Below, piece after piece: positions 30,357 through 41,782 of a stretch of DNA of 64,000 bases. The translations under genes were made by a program, and so were the position numbers. How positions within the stretch are numbered: position 1 is the first letter of the stretch; every line of letters starts with the position of its first letter. Below the pieces are notes generated by a model. The model was not told where the DNA came from. It made no database searches and saw only the letters and a program-made list of their open reading frames with translations. Source of the stretch: Betaproteobacteria bacterium (GTDB lineage: Bacteria > Pseudomonadota > Gammaproteobacteria > Burkholderiales > SG8-39); assembly GCA_037443705.1 (NCBI GenBank), contig JBBINV010000003.1, positions 20,498 through 84,497 of the forward strand, given 5' to 3'.

Positions 30357-31250
30357 CTAGCTCCCTTTCAGCGAAACCAGCAACACCCCGCATATTACGA
30401 GCACGCCGCCCGCGAGCTGCAAAACGGTCAGCGTACCTTCGAGCAGCGCGAAATCGGCGATCACCGTCGTGACCGGCCCGAGCGCGCCGATCAGCGCGAA
30501 GTGGTTCGCGCCGATGCGCTTGAGGGCCTCCGCCACGAGCAGCACCGGGAGCACCGTGCACACGGTGGCGAGCAGCGCCGCGTAGATCCATACCACCTCG
30601 GGGAGCGCGAGGGCGGCGGGACTCTCGAGCAGTGCGAATTGGACCGCTGCCGGCGCGGTGGAGACGATCATGGTGTAGGCGGTGAACCGCACCGAGCCCA
30701 CGCGCTTCACGAGCTGGCTGCCGGCCACCAGATATATCGCGTAGCAGGTCGCCGAGCCGAACACGAGCATCGCGCCCAGCAGAAAGAGCCTTCCCTCCCT
30801 GCTTTCTCCAAGTTGATGGGAAAGCACGAGCGCGATACCGGCATAGCAGAGACCGAGCGCCGAGATCTCCCTGCGGGACGGTCTCTTGCCGAGAAACAGG
30901 AACGAAAGCAGCACGACAAGGGTGGGATAAAGGAACATGATCAGGCGCCCCACGCCCGCCGAAACGTACTGCAGCCCCAGGAAATCGAGCAGGCTCGCCG
31001 CGTAGTAGCCGAGGAACCCCAGGCCCGCGATCCCGAGCCAGTCGCGCCGCCCGATCGGCGCCGCGCCGCGCATCCACCACGCCATCGCGAGGAAGAACGG
31101 CAGCGCGAGCGTCATGCGAAGGAAAAGCAGCGTCGTCGCCGAAACGGGCGCCGCCGCGTAGCCCAGCTTGATGAGAACCGGCCGGAACGCGAACGCGATC
31201 GTTCCGGCGAGGGCGAAGCCTAAGCCCCAGAGCCGCTCGTGCGCGTTCAA
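30357..31250 (-). CDS. EamA/DMT-family transporter
   Basis: Ten predicted TM helices in two EamA-like halves. TTG start at 31250 overlaps the stop of the upstream gene (TTGA). Confidence 0.8.
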   Translation of the reverse strand: MNAHERLWGLGFALAGTIAFAFRPVLIKLGYAAAPVSATTLLFLRMTLALPFFLAMAWWMRGAAPIGRRDWLGIAGLGFLGYYAASLLDFLGLQYVSAGVGRLIMFLYPTLVVLLSFLFLGKRPSRREISALGLCYAGIALVLSHQLGESREGRLFLLGAMLVFGSATCYAIYLVAGSQLVKRVGSVRFTAYTMIVSTAPAAVQFALLESPAALALPEVVWIYAALLATVCTVLPVLLVAEALKRIGANHFALIGALGPVTTVIADFALLEGTLTVLQLAGGVLVICGVLLVSLKGS

Positions 31251-32719
31251 CGGCGCTTGCCAAGGATCGAGCCGAGCACGCCCCGGAGCACCTGCCGGCC
31301 GAGCTCGGAGCCTATCGCGCGCGCGGCGCTCTTCGCCATCGCCTCCACGATGCCCTGCGACTGCTTTCCGCCGCGCGGCCCGGTCTTTCCGAACAGGATG
31401 TCGGAGACGGGATTGGGGGCGGGCGCTTTCGGCGCCTCGCCGTGCGCCACGGTGCGCGCCTTCAGCTTTTCGTACGCCGACTCTCTGTCGACGGTTTTCT
31501 CGTACTTGTCTTGGAGGCTCGATCCCTGGACGAGGCTTCTCCTTTCCTCTTCCGCGACCGGCCCGATGCGCGAGCCGGGCGGCACCACGAAGGCGCGTTC
31601 GACCACGCACGGCCGGCCTTTCTCGTCCAGGAACGAAACGAGCGCCTCGCCCACCTCGAGCTCGGTGATCGCGCGATCCGCCTTCAGCTTCGGGTTCGGC
31701 CGCAGCGTCTCGGCGGCGGCCTTCACCGCCTTCTGGTCCCTGGGCGTGAAGGCGCGCAGTGCGTGCTGGACGCGGTTTCCGAGCTGCCCGAGCACGGTTT
31801 CGGGGATGTCGAGCGGGTTCTGGGTCACGAAGAACACGCCCACGCCCTTGGAGCGGATCAGCCGCACCACCTGTTCGACCTTGTCGAGGAGCGCCTTCGG
31901 CGCCTCGTCGAACAGCAGATGCGCCTCGTCGAAGAAGAACACGAGCCCGGGCTTTTCGGGATCGCCCGCCTCCGGCAGGCGCTCGAAGAGCTCGGCGAGG
32001 AGCCAAAGGAGGAACGCCGAATACAGCTTCGGCGACTCCAGCAGCTTGTCCGCGGCGAGGATGTTCACCACGCCCCTGCCGCCGCGCACCTGCATCAGGT
32101 CGTCGATGTCGAGCATCGGCTCGCCGAGGAACTGGCCGGCGCCCTGCGCCTCGAGCGCGAGCAGCCCGCGCTGAATGGCGCCGATCGAGGCCGCGGACAC
32201 ATTGCCGTACTCGGTGGTGAACCGCGCCGCGTTCTCGCCGACGTACGCGAGCATCGCGCGCAGGTCCTTTGCGTCGAGCAGCAGCAGCCCCGCGTCGTCC
32301 GCGATCCTGAAGACGACGTTGAGCACGCCCTCCTGGGTGTCGTTCAGGCCGAGCATCCGCGAAAGGAGCAGCGGCCCCATGTCGGAGACGGTGGCGCGCA
32401 CCGGGTGTCCTTGCTTGCCGAACACATCCCAGAGCGCCACCGGGCAGGCTTCGGGTCGGAAGGGAATCTTCAGCGCCTTGAGCCTTTCGAGGACTTTCGC
32501 GTTTTCCCCGGCAGGCTTCGCCAGCCCGGTCAGGTCGCCCTTCACATCGGCCATGAAGACCGGCACCCCGATCGCCGAGAGCGCGTGCGCCAGCGCCTGC
32601 AGGGTCACGGTCTTGCCGGTGCCGGTGGCGCCGGCGATCAGGCCGTGGCGGTTGGCGAGCGCGGGAAGGAGGTGAAGCTCGGCCTTGTCGTTCTTCGCAA
32701 TGAGGAGCGGCGAGGCCAT
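31247..32719 (-). CDS. HerA-like P-loop ATPase (DUF853 / YjgR-like)
   Basis: [16 protein letters not shown] Walker [12 protein letters not shown] Walker [15 protein letters not shown]. Start at [10 protein letters not shown] (32719). Confidence 0.85.
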   Translation of the reverse strand: MASPLLIAKNDKAELHLLPALANRHGLIAGATGTGKTVTLQALAHALSAIGVPVFMADVKGDLTGLAKPAGENAKVLERLKALKIPFRPEACPVALWDVFGKQGHPVRATVSDMGPLLLSRMLGLNDTQEGVLNVVFRIADDAGLLLLDAKDLRAMLAYVGENAARFTTEYGNVSAASIGAIQRGLLALEAQGAGQFLGEPMLDIDDLMQVRGGRGVVNILAADKLLESPKLYSAFLLWLLAELFERLPEAGDPEKPGLVFFFDEAHLLFDEAPKALLDKVEQVVRLIRSKGVGVFFVTQNPLDIPETVLGQLGNRVQHALRAFTPRDQKAVKAAAETLRPNPKLKADRAITELEVGEALVSFLDEKGRPCVVERAFVVPPGSRIGPVAEEERRSLVQGSSLQDKYEKTVDRESAYEKLKARTVAHGEAPKAPAPNPVSDILFGKTGPRGGKQSQGIVEAMAKSAARAIGSELGRQVLRGVLGSILGKRR

Positions 32720-32737
32720 GGCGGTTAAAATTATGAC

Positions 32738-33466
32738 ATGGCGGGTCACAGCAAATGGGCGAACATCAAGCACCGCAAGGCTGCCGCGGATGCGAAGAAG
32801 GGCAAGGTGTTCACGCGCCTGATCAAGGAGATCACGGTCGCGGCGAAGCTCGGAGGGGGCGATCCGGGGTCCAACCCGCGCCTGCGCCTTGCGCTCGACA
32901 AGGCGCGCGAAGCGAATATGACGAAGGATTCTGTCACGCGCGCGATCCAGCGCGGCACCGGTGAGCTGGAAGGCGTCACCTACGAGGAGGTGCGCTACGA
33001 GGGCTACGGGGTGGGCGGCGCCGCAGTGATGGTCGATTGCCTGACCGACAACCGCACGCGCACGGTGGCCGAGGTGCGTCACGCCTTCACCAAGAACGGC
33101 GGCAACCTCGGCTCGGACGGCTCGGTTGCGTTCCTTTTCCAGCACCGCGGACAGTTCCTGTTCGCGCCCGGGGCGAGCGAGGAGAAGGTGATGGAAGCGG
33201 CGCTCGAGGCCGGCGCCGAGGACGTGATCGCGAACGAGGACGGCTCGATCGAGGTGGTGTGCGCGCCCGCCGATTTCGAGGCGGTGAAGTCCGCGCTCGA
33301 GCGCGCGGGCCTCAAGCCCGAAGCCGCCGCGGTCACGATGCGGCCGGTGGGCGAAAGCGTGCTCGCGGGCGAGGACGCCGCGAAGATGCGGCGGCTGATC
33401 GAAGCGCTCGAGGCGCTCGACGACGTGCAGGAGGTGTACACCACTGCCGCCCTCGAGGAAGCGTGA
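32738..33466 (+). CDS. yebC: YebC/PmpR-family DNA-binding transcriptional regulator
   Basis: [28 protein letters not shown] signature. Confidence 0.95.
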   Translation: MAGHSKWANIKHRKAAADAKKGKVFTRLIKEITVAAKLGGGDPGSNPRLRLALDKAREANMTKDSVTRAIQRGTGELEGVTYEEVRYEGYGVGGAAVMVDCLTDNRTRTVAEVRHAFTKNGGNLGSDGSVAFLFQHRGQFLFAPGASEEKVMEAALEAGAEDVIANEDGSIEVVCAPADFEAVKSALERAGLKPEAAAVTMRPVGESVLAGEDAAKMRRLIEALEALDDVQEVYTTAALEEA

Positions 33467-33978
33467 GGATCCTCGGCATCGATCCGGGCCTGCGCGTGAC
33501 CGGATTCGGGGTGATCGAATCCAGGGGCAACGAGCTTCGATACCTGGCGAGCGGCTGCGTGCGCTCGGGCGAGGGTCCGCTCGCCGAGCGCCTGAAAGTG
33601 CTGCTGGAGGGGCTCGCCGAGGTGATCGCCGCGAACCGCCCGCGCGAAGTCGCGATCGAGAAGGTTTTCGTCAACGTCAATCCCCAGTCGACGCTGCTGC
33701 TCGGGCAGGCGCGCGGCACCGCGATCTGCGCCGCGGTGCTCGCCGGGCTGCCGGTGGCGGAGTACACCGCGCTGCAGGTCAAGCAATCGGTGGTCGGCAA
33801 GGGCCACGCGGCGAAGGGCCAGGTTCAGCACATGGTGCGGCGGCTGCTCGCGCTCCCGGGCGATCCGAGCCCCGACGCGGCGGACGCGCTTGCCTGCGCG
33901 ATCTGCCACGCGCATGGGGGCAAACTGGGTAGTCTTTCCACCCGAAATCTTCGCCTGAGGAACGGGAGGCTGGTCTGA
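33463..33978 (+). CDS. ruvC: Holliday junction resolvase RuvC
   Basis: [17 protein letters not shown] (catalytic Asp), [24 protein letters not shown] start overlaps the yebC stop (GTGA). Confidence 0.92.
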   Translation: MRILGIDPGLRVTGFGVIESRGNELRYLASGCVRSGEGPLAERLKVLLEGLAEVIAANRPREVAIEKVFVNVNPQSTLLLGQARGTAICAAVLAGLPVAEYTALQVKQSVVGKGHAAKGQVQHMVRRLLALPGDPSPDAADALACAICHAHGGKLGSLSTRNLRLRNGRLV

Positions 33979-34544
33979 TCGGCCGCCTCACCGGCAGGCT
34001 CGCCGCGAAGCACCCGCCGCAGGTGCTGCTCGACGTTGGCGGCGTCGCCTACGAGATCGACGTTCCCATGAGCACTTTCTACAACCTGCCGGCTACGGGC
34101 GAGGAAGTGACGCTGCATACGCACCTCGTCGTGCGCGAGGACGCGCACGTGCTCTACGGCTTCGCGACGCTCGAGGAGCGCGCGGCGTTCCGGCAGCTGA
34201 TCCGCATCTCCGGCATCGGCGCGCGCACCGCGCTCGCGGTGCTCTCGGGACTCTCGGTCGCCGACCTCGCGCAGGCGGTGGCGCTCCAGGAAGCGGGACG
34301 CCTCACCAAGATCCCCGGCATCGGGAAGAAAACCGCCGAGCGGCTGCTGCTCGAGCTGAAGGGCAAGCTTGCGGAAGCCGCGGCCAAGCAGCCCGCGGCC
34401 GCGAACGCCGCCGACATCCTGAACGCCCTCGTGGGCCTGGGCTACAGCGAGAAAGAGGCGCTCGCCGCGATCAAGGGCCTGGCGCCGGGCGTCGCGGTCG
34501 CCGAGGGCATCCGGCAGGCGCTCAAGTCACTGGCGAAGGGGTAG
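33975..34544 (+). CDS. ruvA: Holliday junction branch-migration protein RuvA (apparent CTG start)
   Basis: The conserved N-terminus (L)[27 protein letters not shown] is encoded from 33975. The first canonical in-frame start is GTG 34023. GGGAGG lies 5 nt upstream of the CTG, which overlaps the ruvC TGA (CTGA). HhH motifs ISGIGARTA and [12 protein letters not shown] are present. Confidence 0.85.
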   Translation: MIGRLTGRLAAKHPPQVLLDVGGVAYEIDVPMSTFYNLPATGEEVTLHTHLVVREDAHVLYGFATLEERAAFRQLIRISGIGARTALAVLSGLSVADLAQAVALQEAGRLTKIPGIGKKTAERLLLELKGKLAEAAAKQPAAANAADILNALVGLGYSEKEALAAIKGLAPGVAVAEGIRQALKSLAKG

Positions 34545-35738
34545 GTTCTTCTTAATGGATGAGCGGCCGTCCTTTATGGTCGGCTCCAGTTCCGCGGCCA
34601 GATACTCGACGTAGCGCCGGTAGCTGAAGACGCGGCCCCGCTGGCGGTTCGTCAGCTCGCCGACGATGCCGACGCGTTCGAGATGCGCCAGCGATTTGTT
34701 GACCGTGGCCGGCGTAAGCTTCGTCGCCTTGACCAGGGCGGCCGAGGTTGCGAGAGGCTGGCGCTGCAGCGCCTGGTGGACCGCGAGCGCCGAGGTCGCC
34801 GCGCGCCCCAGGCCGGCGATGCGATCGCGGTCCCTGTTCACGAGCGCGAGCAGGGCATTTGCCGTCGTCACGGCCTGCGTCGCGCTGACCTCGATGCCCT
34901 CGGCGAAGTAGTCGAGCCAGCGCTCCCAGTCCCCACGCAGGCGCACCTCGTTGAGCAGCTCGTAGTAGAGCGCACGGTGCGTCTTGAAATAGAGGCTCGG
35001 ATACAGCATCGGCTGGCGCAGCACGCCGTCGGCCACCAGTTGCAGCACGATGAGCAGCCGTCCGATGCGGCCGTTGCCGTCGAGGAAGGGATGGATCGTC
35101 TCGAACTGCACGTGCGCGAGCGCCGCCTTGACGAGCGGGGGCGTGGCCTCCGGCTCGTCATTGAGGAAGCGCTCCAGGTGCCTGATGCATTCGGGCACGG
35201 CATCCGCGGGCGGCGGGACGAAGACCGCGTTGCCGGGCCGCGTGCCCCCGATCCAGACCTGCGAGCGGCGGACCTCTCCCGGGGTCTTGCCGCGGCCGCG
35301 AGGATGATTGAGCAGCACCTTGTGCATATCGCACAGGAGCCGCGCGCACAGTGGCAGGCCGCCGCGCAGCTTCTTCAGGCCGGTTTCCAGAGCCGCCACG
35401 CAGCGGCTCACCTCCCGCGCGTCCTCCACCGGCACGCCGGGTTCCTCGTCGATTTCGTACAGGAGCAGGTCGGCGATCGAGGACTGCGTGCCCTCGATCT
35501 GCGACGACAGCACCGCTTCCTTGCGCACGAAGCTGTAGAGCACCAGCGCGGCGTTCGGCAGCAGGCTGGTGACCGCATCGAGCCGCCCGAGCGCCACCAA
35601 CGCGGCGTCGAAGCGCCGCCGAAGCCCAGCCGACCACACCACCGCCGGTTCCGGCGGCAGCGGCGCGGGCACGAACGCCTGGAAGGGTTCGCTCGCCGTC
35701 GTCATCTTGACGTAGCGGCCGGGCGCGGGGCGGTGCAT
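34527..35738 (-). CDS. Fic-family protein with C-terminal winged-helix domain
   Basis: Fic motif [14 protein letters not shown], upstream inhibitory-type motif SSQIEG ((S/T)xxxE(G/N)), C-terminal wHTH-like [19 protein letters not shown]. Antisense between ruvA and ruvB; its 3' end overlaps the ruvA 3' end by 18 nt. Confidence 0.88.
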   Translation of the reverse strand: MHRPAPGRYVKMTTASEPFQAFVPAPLPPEPAVVWSAGLRRRFDAALVALGRLDAVTSLLPNAALVLYSFVRKEAVLSSQIEGTQSSIADLLLYEIDEEPGVPVEDAREVSRCVAALETGLKKLRGGLPLCARLLCDMHKVLLNHPRGRGKTPGEVRRSQVWIGGTRPGNAVFVPPPADAVPECIRHLERFLNDEPEATPPLVKAALAHVQFETIHPFLDGNGRIGRLLIVLQLVADGVLRQPMLYPSLYFKTHRALYYELLNEVRLRGDWERWLDYFAEGIEVSATQAVTTANALLALVNRDRDRIAGLGRAATSALAVHQALQRQPLATSAALVKATKLTPATVNKSLAHLERVGIVGELTNRQRGRVFSYRRYVEYLAAELEPTIKDGRSSIKKNLPLRQ

Positions 35739-35750
35739 GGCGGCTCGGGC

Positions 35751-35824
35751 AACCTAAATTAAGAACCGGCGTTATTTTAGGTTAATTCATCAACCTAAAT
35801 CAACCGTCGGACGGCTTTTAGGTT
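35751..35824. repeat. Two tandem 33-bp AT-rich palindromic units (AACCTAAA-N17-TTTAGGTT)
   Basis: AACCTAAATtaagaaccggcgttATTTTAGGTT (35751-35783) and AACCTAAATcaaccgtcggacggcTTTTAGGTT (35792-35824); 13 nt upstream of the fic ATG and 52 nt upstream of ruvB. Confidence 0.85.
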
Positions 35825-35875
35825 CGCCGAGCGTGGGCAAGATAACGTCAGCCGCGGCACCGGTAAGATACGCCC

Positions 35876-36921
<1,046 letters not shown>

Positions 36922-36925
<4 letters not shown>

Positions 36926-37323
36926 CACCGTTTACGTTCCAGGTGCGCGTGTATTATGAGGACACCGACCGCGGCGGCGTGGTGTACTACGCGAACTACC
37001 TGCGCTTCTTCGAGCGCGCGCGGACCGAGTGGCTGCGAAGCCTCGGGGTGAACCAGGAGCGGCTGGCGGAGGCCCAAGGGATCGGCTTCGTGGTGGCGCG
37101 CGCCGAGATCGACTTCCGGGCAGGCGCCCGGCTGGACGATCTGCTCGGCGTCACGGTGAAGATGATCGAAAAGAAGAAAACCTATCTCTGGCTCGAGCAG
37201 GAAGCGCGGCGCGAGGATGGCGCGGTGTGCGCGGCCGCGCGCATCCAGGCGGCGTGCGTGCGGCTTCGCGATGCGCGCCCGCAGCCGCTGCCCGAGCCCC
37301 TCGCCGCGAGGATACCCGGATGA
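36922..37323 (+). CDS. ybgC: Tol-Pal-associated acyl-CoA thioesterase YbgC
   Basis: Hot-dog fold start [37 protein letters not shown] start overlaps the ruvB stop (TTGA). Confidence 0.85.
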
Positions 37324-38000
37324 CGCTGACGCAGGACCTCGAACTCTGGACGCTCGTCCTGAACGCTTCCTTCGTGGTGAAGGCGGTGATGGCGCTGCTT
37401 GTCGCGGTCTCGTTCATGTCCTGGATGTTCATCTTCCGCAAGTGGTTCACGATCCGGCGCGCGGGGGTGCAGACCGAGCAGTTCGAGCGCGAGTTCTGGA
37501 GCGGGAACGACCTCGCCGCGCTCTACCAGGGCGCGGTGACGAACCGCCACACCATCGGGTCGCTCGAGCGCATCTTCGAGGCCGGTTACCGCGAGTTCAC
37601 CAAGCTGCGCGGCCAGCGCGGCGCCGACCCCTCCGTCATGGTCGACGGGGCGCGCCGCGCGATGCGCGCCACCTACCAGCGCGAGATGGATTACCTCGAG
37701 CGCCATCTCGCGTTCCTCGCTTCCACCGGCTCGGTGTCGCCGTACGTGGGCCTGTTCGGCACGGTGTGGGGCATCATGCACGCCTTCCGGGGCCTGGCGA
37801 ACGTGCAGCAGGCGACGCTCGCGCAGGTCGCACCGGGGATCGCGGAGGCGCTGATCGCCACCGCGATCGGCCTTTTCGCCGCGATTCCCGCGGTCGTGGC
37901 CTACAACCGCTATTCCCACGACATCGACCGCCTCGCGATCCGCTTCGAGAGCTTCATGGAGGAGTTCTCGAACATCCTGCAGCGCCAGACGGTGAGATAG
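37320..38000 (+). CDS. tolQ: Tol-Pal system protein TolQ
   Basis: MotA/TolQ/ExbB family: [44 protein letters not shown] overlap with ybgC. Confidence 0.93.
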   Translation: MTLTQDLELWTLVLNASFVVKAVMALLVAVSFMSWMFIFRKWFTIRRAGVQTEQFEREFWSGNDLAALYQGAVTNRHTIGSLERIFEAGYREFTKLRGQRGADPSVMVDGARRAMRATYQREMDYLERHLAFLASTGSVSPYVGLFGTVWGIMHAFRGLANVQQATLAQVAPGIAEALIATAIGLFAAIPAVVAYNRYSHDIDRLAIRFESFMEEFSNILQRQTVR

Positions 38001-38004
38001 CGCG

Positions 38005-38418
38005 ATGGCGCGCCTGCATTCCAAGCGCGGGCCGATGCACGAGATCAACGTCGTGCCCTACGTCGACGTGATGCTGGTTCTTCTGGTGATCTTCATGGTG
38101 ACCGCGCCGCTCGTCACGCCGGGCATCGTCGATCTTCCCTCGGTGTCGAAGGCGCCGGTGGCGCCGGCGGCGCCGCTCGAGATCATGATCCGCGAGGATC
38201 GGACGCTCGTGGTGCGCGAGCGCGACGCCGCCGGCCGCGTCGTGAGCGAGCGCACCGTGGCGAAGGGCGAGCTCGCGAGCTACATCAGGGATCCCAGGAA
38301 GCCCGTGCTCGTGGCGGGCGACAGGAACGTGCGCTACGAGGCGGTGCTGCAGACGATGGACGAGCTGCGCCAGAAGGGCGTCGAGCGCGTGGGGCTGCTC
38401 GTCAAGCCCGCGTCATGA
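38005..38418 (+). CDS. tolR: Tol-Pal system protein TolR
   Basis: [23 protein letters not shown] (ExbD/TolR TM motif). Confidence 0.93.
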   Translation: MARLHSKRGPMHEINVVPYVDVMLVLLVIFMVTAPLVTPGIVDLPSVSKAPVAPAAPLEIMIREDRTLVVRERDAAGRVVSERTVAKGELASYIRDPRKPVLVAGDRNVRYEAVLQTMDELRQKGVERVGLLVKPAS

Positions 38419-39182
38419 GCGCCTGGAGCCTGGAGCGGCGCTACGATCCGGGCTTTGCATCGTCGATCGCGCTCGCGGCACTCGTTCATCTGATTCTCGT
38501 GGTGATCCTCCTCGTCGGGGTTCGCTGGCAGAATCGGCCGCCGCAGGCGGTGACGGTGGAGCTGTGGCAGGCGCCGTCCCCCCCGCCGCCGAAGGTGGAG
38601 GAGCCTCCGGAGCCGCCCAGGCCGGTCCCCAAGGCCGAGCCGCCGCCTCCGCCCAAGGCCGAGCCACGGATCGAGAAGCCCGACATCGCGCAAAAGGAGC
38701 CGGTAATGGCAAAGCCGAAAACCGAGCCCAGGCCCGTCCCGAAGCCCGAGCCGAGACCCAGGCCCGCGGCGCCGCGCGACACCGAGGCGCAGAAGCGCCT
38801 GCGCGAGGAGCTCGCGCGCGAGCAGCAGCAGCTCGCGCTCGCGCGGGAACGGGAGGCGCTTCAGAATCAATTGAAGAGGGAAATGGCGGTTGACCGGGCG
38901 CGCAGTTTCGACGCCTACGCCGGCAAGATCAAATCCAAGATCAAGGCGAACATCGTCCTGCCGCCGGATATCAGGGGGAATCCCGAGGCGATCTTCGACG
39001 TGGTGCAGCTCCCTACGGGCGAGGTTCTGTCGGCGAGGCTGCGCAAGTCGAGCGGGCACAAGGCCTACGACGAGGCGGTGGAGCGCGCGATCTGGAAATC
39101 CTCGCCGTTGCCCAAGCCCGACCGGCCGGAGCTCTTCCAGCGCGCGCTCGAGCTCAAATTCAGACCGCTTGACCCCGTATAA
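38415..39182 (+). CDS. tolA: Tol-Pal system protein TolA (short form)
   Basis: N-terminal TM helix, Pro/Glu/Lys-rich linker, C-terminal TolA domain ([16 protein letters not shown]...). Confidence 0.85.
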   Translation: MSAWSLERRYDPGFASSIALAALVHLILVVILLVGVRWQNRPPQAVTVELWQAPSPPPPKVEEPPEPPRPVPKAEPPPPPKAEPRIEKPDIAQKEPVMAKPKTEPRPVPKPEPRPRPAAPRDTEAQKRLREELAREQQQLALAREREALQNQLKREMAVDRARSFDAYAGKIKSKIKANIVLPPDIRGNPEAIFDVVQLPTGEVLSARLRKSSGHKAYDEAVERAIWKSSPLPKPDRPELFQRALELKFRPLDPV

Positions 39183-39189
39183 TTGATTC

Positions 39190-40458
39190 ATGCGAAGGGT
39201 CGTTTTCGCGCTCGCGCTCGCCGTTTCCGCCTGCCAGGCCTTCGCCCAACTCTCGATCGAAATCACCGGCGCCGGCGCGCAGCGCATGCCGATCGCGATC
39301 TTGCCGTTCGCGGGCGAGGCGGCGCTCCCGGCGGCAATCTCCACGATCGTTCGCGCGGACCTCGAGCGCAGCGGCCTGTTCCGCCCGCTCGAGATCCCGG
39401 CGCTCAATCCCCAACCTACCGAAGCTTCGGAGGTCAGCTACGCCGAATGGCGCTCGCGGCTCGCGGACGCGCTCGTGCTCGGCTCGGTGGCCGCGCGCCC
39501 CGACGGCCGGTTCGAGGTGCGCTTCCGGCTCTTCGACGTGGCGAAGCAGGCGCCGCTCGGGGGGGTCGCCTACACGATGGCGCGCGATCAGGCGCGCGCG
39601 ACCGCGCACCGGATCTCCGACTACGTCTACGAGAAGCTCACCGGCGAGAAGGGGGTGTTCTCGACGCGCATTGCCTACGTGGTGAAGCGCGGCAACCGCT
39701 ATGAGCTCCAGATCGCGGACGCCGACGGAGCCGGCGCCGAGACCGCGCTCGCCTCGTTCGAGCCGATCATCTCGCCCGCCTGGTCGCCCGACGGCCGGCG
39801 CCTCGCCTACGTGTCGTTCGAGAACAAGAAGCCGGTGGTGTACGTGCACTCGCTCGCCGACGGCAGGCGCCATGTCGCGGCGAACTTCAAGGGTTCGAAC
39901 TCGGCGCCCGCCTGGTCGCCCGACGGCTCGAAGCTCGCGGTGGTGCTCTCGCGCGAGGGCGGCTCGCAGGTGTTCCAGGTGAACCCCGACGGCAGCGGCC
40001 TGCGGCGCCTGGCGAGCTCCTCGGCGATCGACACGGAACCGGTGTATTCCCCGGACGGTCAATACATATATTTCACATCCGACCGGGGCGGGAGCCCGCA
40101 GATCTACCGGATGCCCGCGGGCGGCGGCGACGCGCAGCGCATCACCTTCGAAGGGAGCTACAACGTGTCGCCGCGCGTGAGCCCCGACGGCAAGCGCCTC
40201 GCGTTCGTCACGCGCAACGGCGGACGGTTCCAGGCGGCGCTGCTCGACCTCGAGACGCGGCAGGTCCAGGTGCTGAGCGACAGCGACCGCGACGAATCGC
40301 CGAGCTTCGCGCCGAACGGCCGCATGATCCTGCTCGCCACGGTGAACGGCGGGCGCGGGGTGCTCGCGGCGGTGTCCTCCGACGGGCGGGTGAAGCAGCG
40401 GCTCAGCACGACAGCGGGGGACGTGCGCGAGCCCTCCTGGGGTCCATTCACGAAATGA
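39190..40458 (+). CDS. tolB: Tol-Pal system beta-propeller protein TolB
   Basis: Signal peptide plus repeated SPAWSPDG / SPxxSPDG propeller blades. Confidence 0.95.
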   Translation: MRRVVFALALAVSACQAFAQLSIEITGAGAQRMPIAILPFAGEAALPAAISTIVRADLERSGLFRPLEIPALNPQPTEASEVSYAEWRSRLADALVLGSVAARPDGRFEVRFRLFDVAKQAPLGGVAYTMARDQARATAHRISDYVYEKLTGEKGVFSTRIAYVVKRGNRYELQIADADGAGAETALASFEPIISPAWSPDGRRLAYVSFENKKPVVYVHSLADGRRHVAANFKGSNSAPAWSPDGSKLAVVLSREGGSQVFQVNPDGSGLRRLASSSAIDTEPVYSPDGQYIYFTSDRGGSPQIYRMPAGGGDAQRITFEGSYNVSPRVSPDGKRLAFVTRNGGRFQAALLDLETRQVQVLSDSDRDESPSFAPNGRMILLATVNGGRGVLAAVSSDGRVKQRLSTTAGDVREPSWGPFTK

Positions 40459-40472
40459 CGAGGAGAGAACCT

Positions 40473-41024
40473 ATGCGTTCGATTGGGATCGTGTTGATGA
40501 CCGCAATCCTTGCCGCGTGCTCGACCACGCCCGAGGAGGAGCAGGCGCCCGCGGGCGTCGAGGATCGCAAGCCCGGCGCGCCCGGTGCGCAGTCGAAAGG
40601 CGTGGACCGGCCGCCGGTCGCCTCGGTCGACCTCACCGCAGGCAGGAAGTCGGCAGCCTCGATGCTCACCGATCCGAACTCGATCCTCTCCAAGCGCTCG
40701 ATCTACTACGACTTCGACAAGTTCGACGTCAAGGAAGAGTACCGGCCGCTGGTGGAGGCGCACGCCCGGTATCTGCGCGACAACCCCAAGGCGAAGATTC
40801 TCGTGCAGGGCAATGCCGACGAGCGCGGCAGTCGCGAGTACAACCTGAGTCTGGGGCAGAAGCGCTCCGACGGGGTCAAGAAGATGATGCTGCTGCTCGG
40901 CGTGCGCGAGGACCAGGTCGAGTCGGTGAGCCTGGGCGAAGAAAAGCCCAAGGCCGAAGGTCACGACGAGGCCGCCTGGTCGCAGAACCGGCGCAGCGAC
41001 ATCCTGCATTCCGGCGAATTTTGA
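40473..41024 (+). CDS. pal: Peptidoglycan-associated lipoprotein Pal
   Basis: Lipobox LAAC; OmpA-like domain YYDFDKFDV, GNADERGSREYNLSLGQKR, NRRSDI. GAGGAG Shine-Dalgarno sequence before ATG 40473. Confidence 0.93.
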   Translation: MRSIGIVLMTAILAACSTTPEEEQAPAGVEDRKPGAPGAQSKGVDRPPVASVDLTAGRKSAASMLTDPNSILSKRSIYYDFDKFDVKEEYRPLVEAHARYLRDNPKAKILVQGNADERGSREYNLSLGQKRSDGVKKMMLLLGVREDQVESVSLGEEKPKAEGHDEAAWSQNRRSDILHSGEF

Positions 41025-41782
41025 TGCGAAGAGCGGCCGCGCTGGCTGTGGCGGTTCTGGCGCTGGGGTTCTGCCAGGGCGCTGCCGCGCTCTTCGAGGA
41101 CGACGAGGCGCGCCGCCGGGTGGAGGACCTGCGCAAGCAGGTCGAGCAGACGAGCCGCGCGCTCGACGAGCGCCTCGCGCGGCTGGAGGACCGGCGCGGG
41201 CTCGTCGACCTCGCCTCGCAGATCGAGGCGCTGCGCGAGGAACTCGCGCGCCTGCGCGGCCAGATCGAGGTGCTCGCGAACCGGGCCGAGACCGCGGACA
41301 AGCGGCAAAAAGACCTCTACGTGGACATCGACACGCGGCTCCGGAAGCTCGAGCAGGCGAAAGAGCAGGCGGGGACGGACAAGCCCCCGGCCGCGGACGC
41401 GGGCAGGGTGAGCGCCCCCGAGACCAGGGCGTACGAGGCGGCGCTCAATCAATTCAAGCTCGGCAACTACGCGCTCGCGATCTCGGCGTTCCAGGGGTTC
41501 CTCGTCACCTACCCGGACTCGAAGCTCGCGCCCTCCGCCCAGTACTGGATCGGGAACGCGCACTTCGCGCAGCGTGACTACAAGCAGGCGATCGCCGCGC
41601 AGCAGAAGGTGCTCTCGGCCTGGCCCGACGACGGCAAGGCGCCGGATGCGATGCTGAACATCGCCTCGTCGCAGGAGGCGCTCGGGGACCGGCGCGGTGC
41701 GCAGAAAACGCTCGCGGGGCTGGTCGCGCGCTATCCCGCCAGCCAGGCCGCGGCGAGCGCCAAGCAGAGACTCAAGCGCTGA
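41024..41782 (+). CDS. cpoB: Cell-division coordinator CpoB (YbgF)
   Basis: Signal peptide, coiled-coil region, C-terminal TPR-like [17 protein letters not shown]. Confidence 0.9.
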   Translation: MRRAAALAVAVLALGFCQGAAALFEDDEARRRVEDLRKQVEQTSRALDERLARLEDRRGLVDLASQIEALREELARLRGQIEVLANRAETADKRQKDLYVDIDTRLRKLEQAKEQAGTDKPPAADAGRVSAPETRAYEAALNQFKLGNYALAISAFQGFLVTYPDSKLAPSAQYWIGNAHFAQRDYKQAIAAQQKVLSAWPDDGKAPDAMLNIASSQEALGDRRGAQKTLAGLVARYPASQAAASAKQRLKR

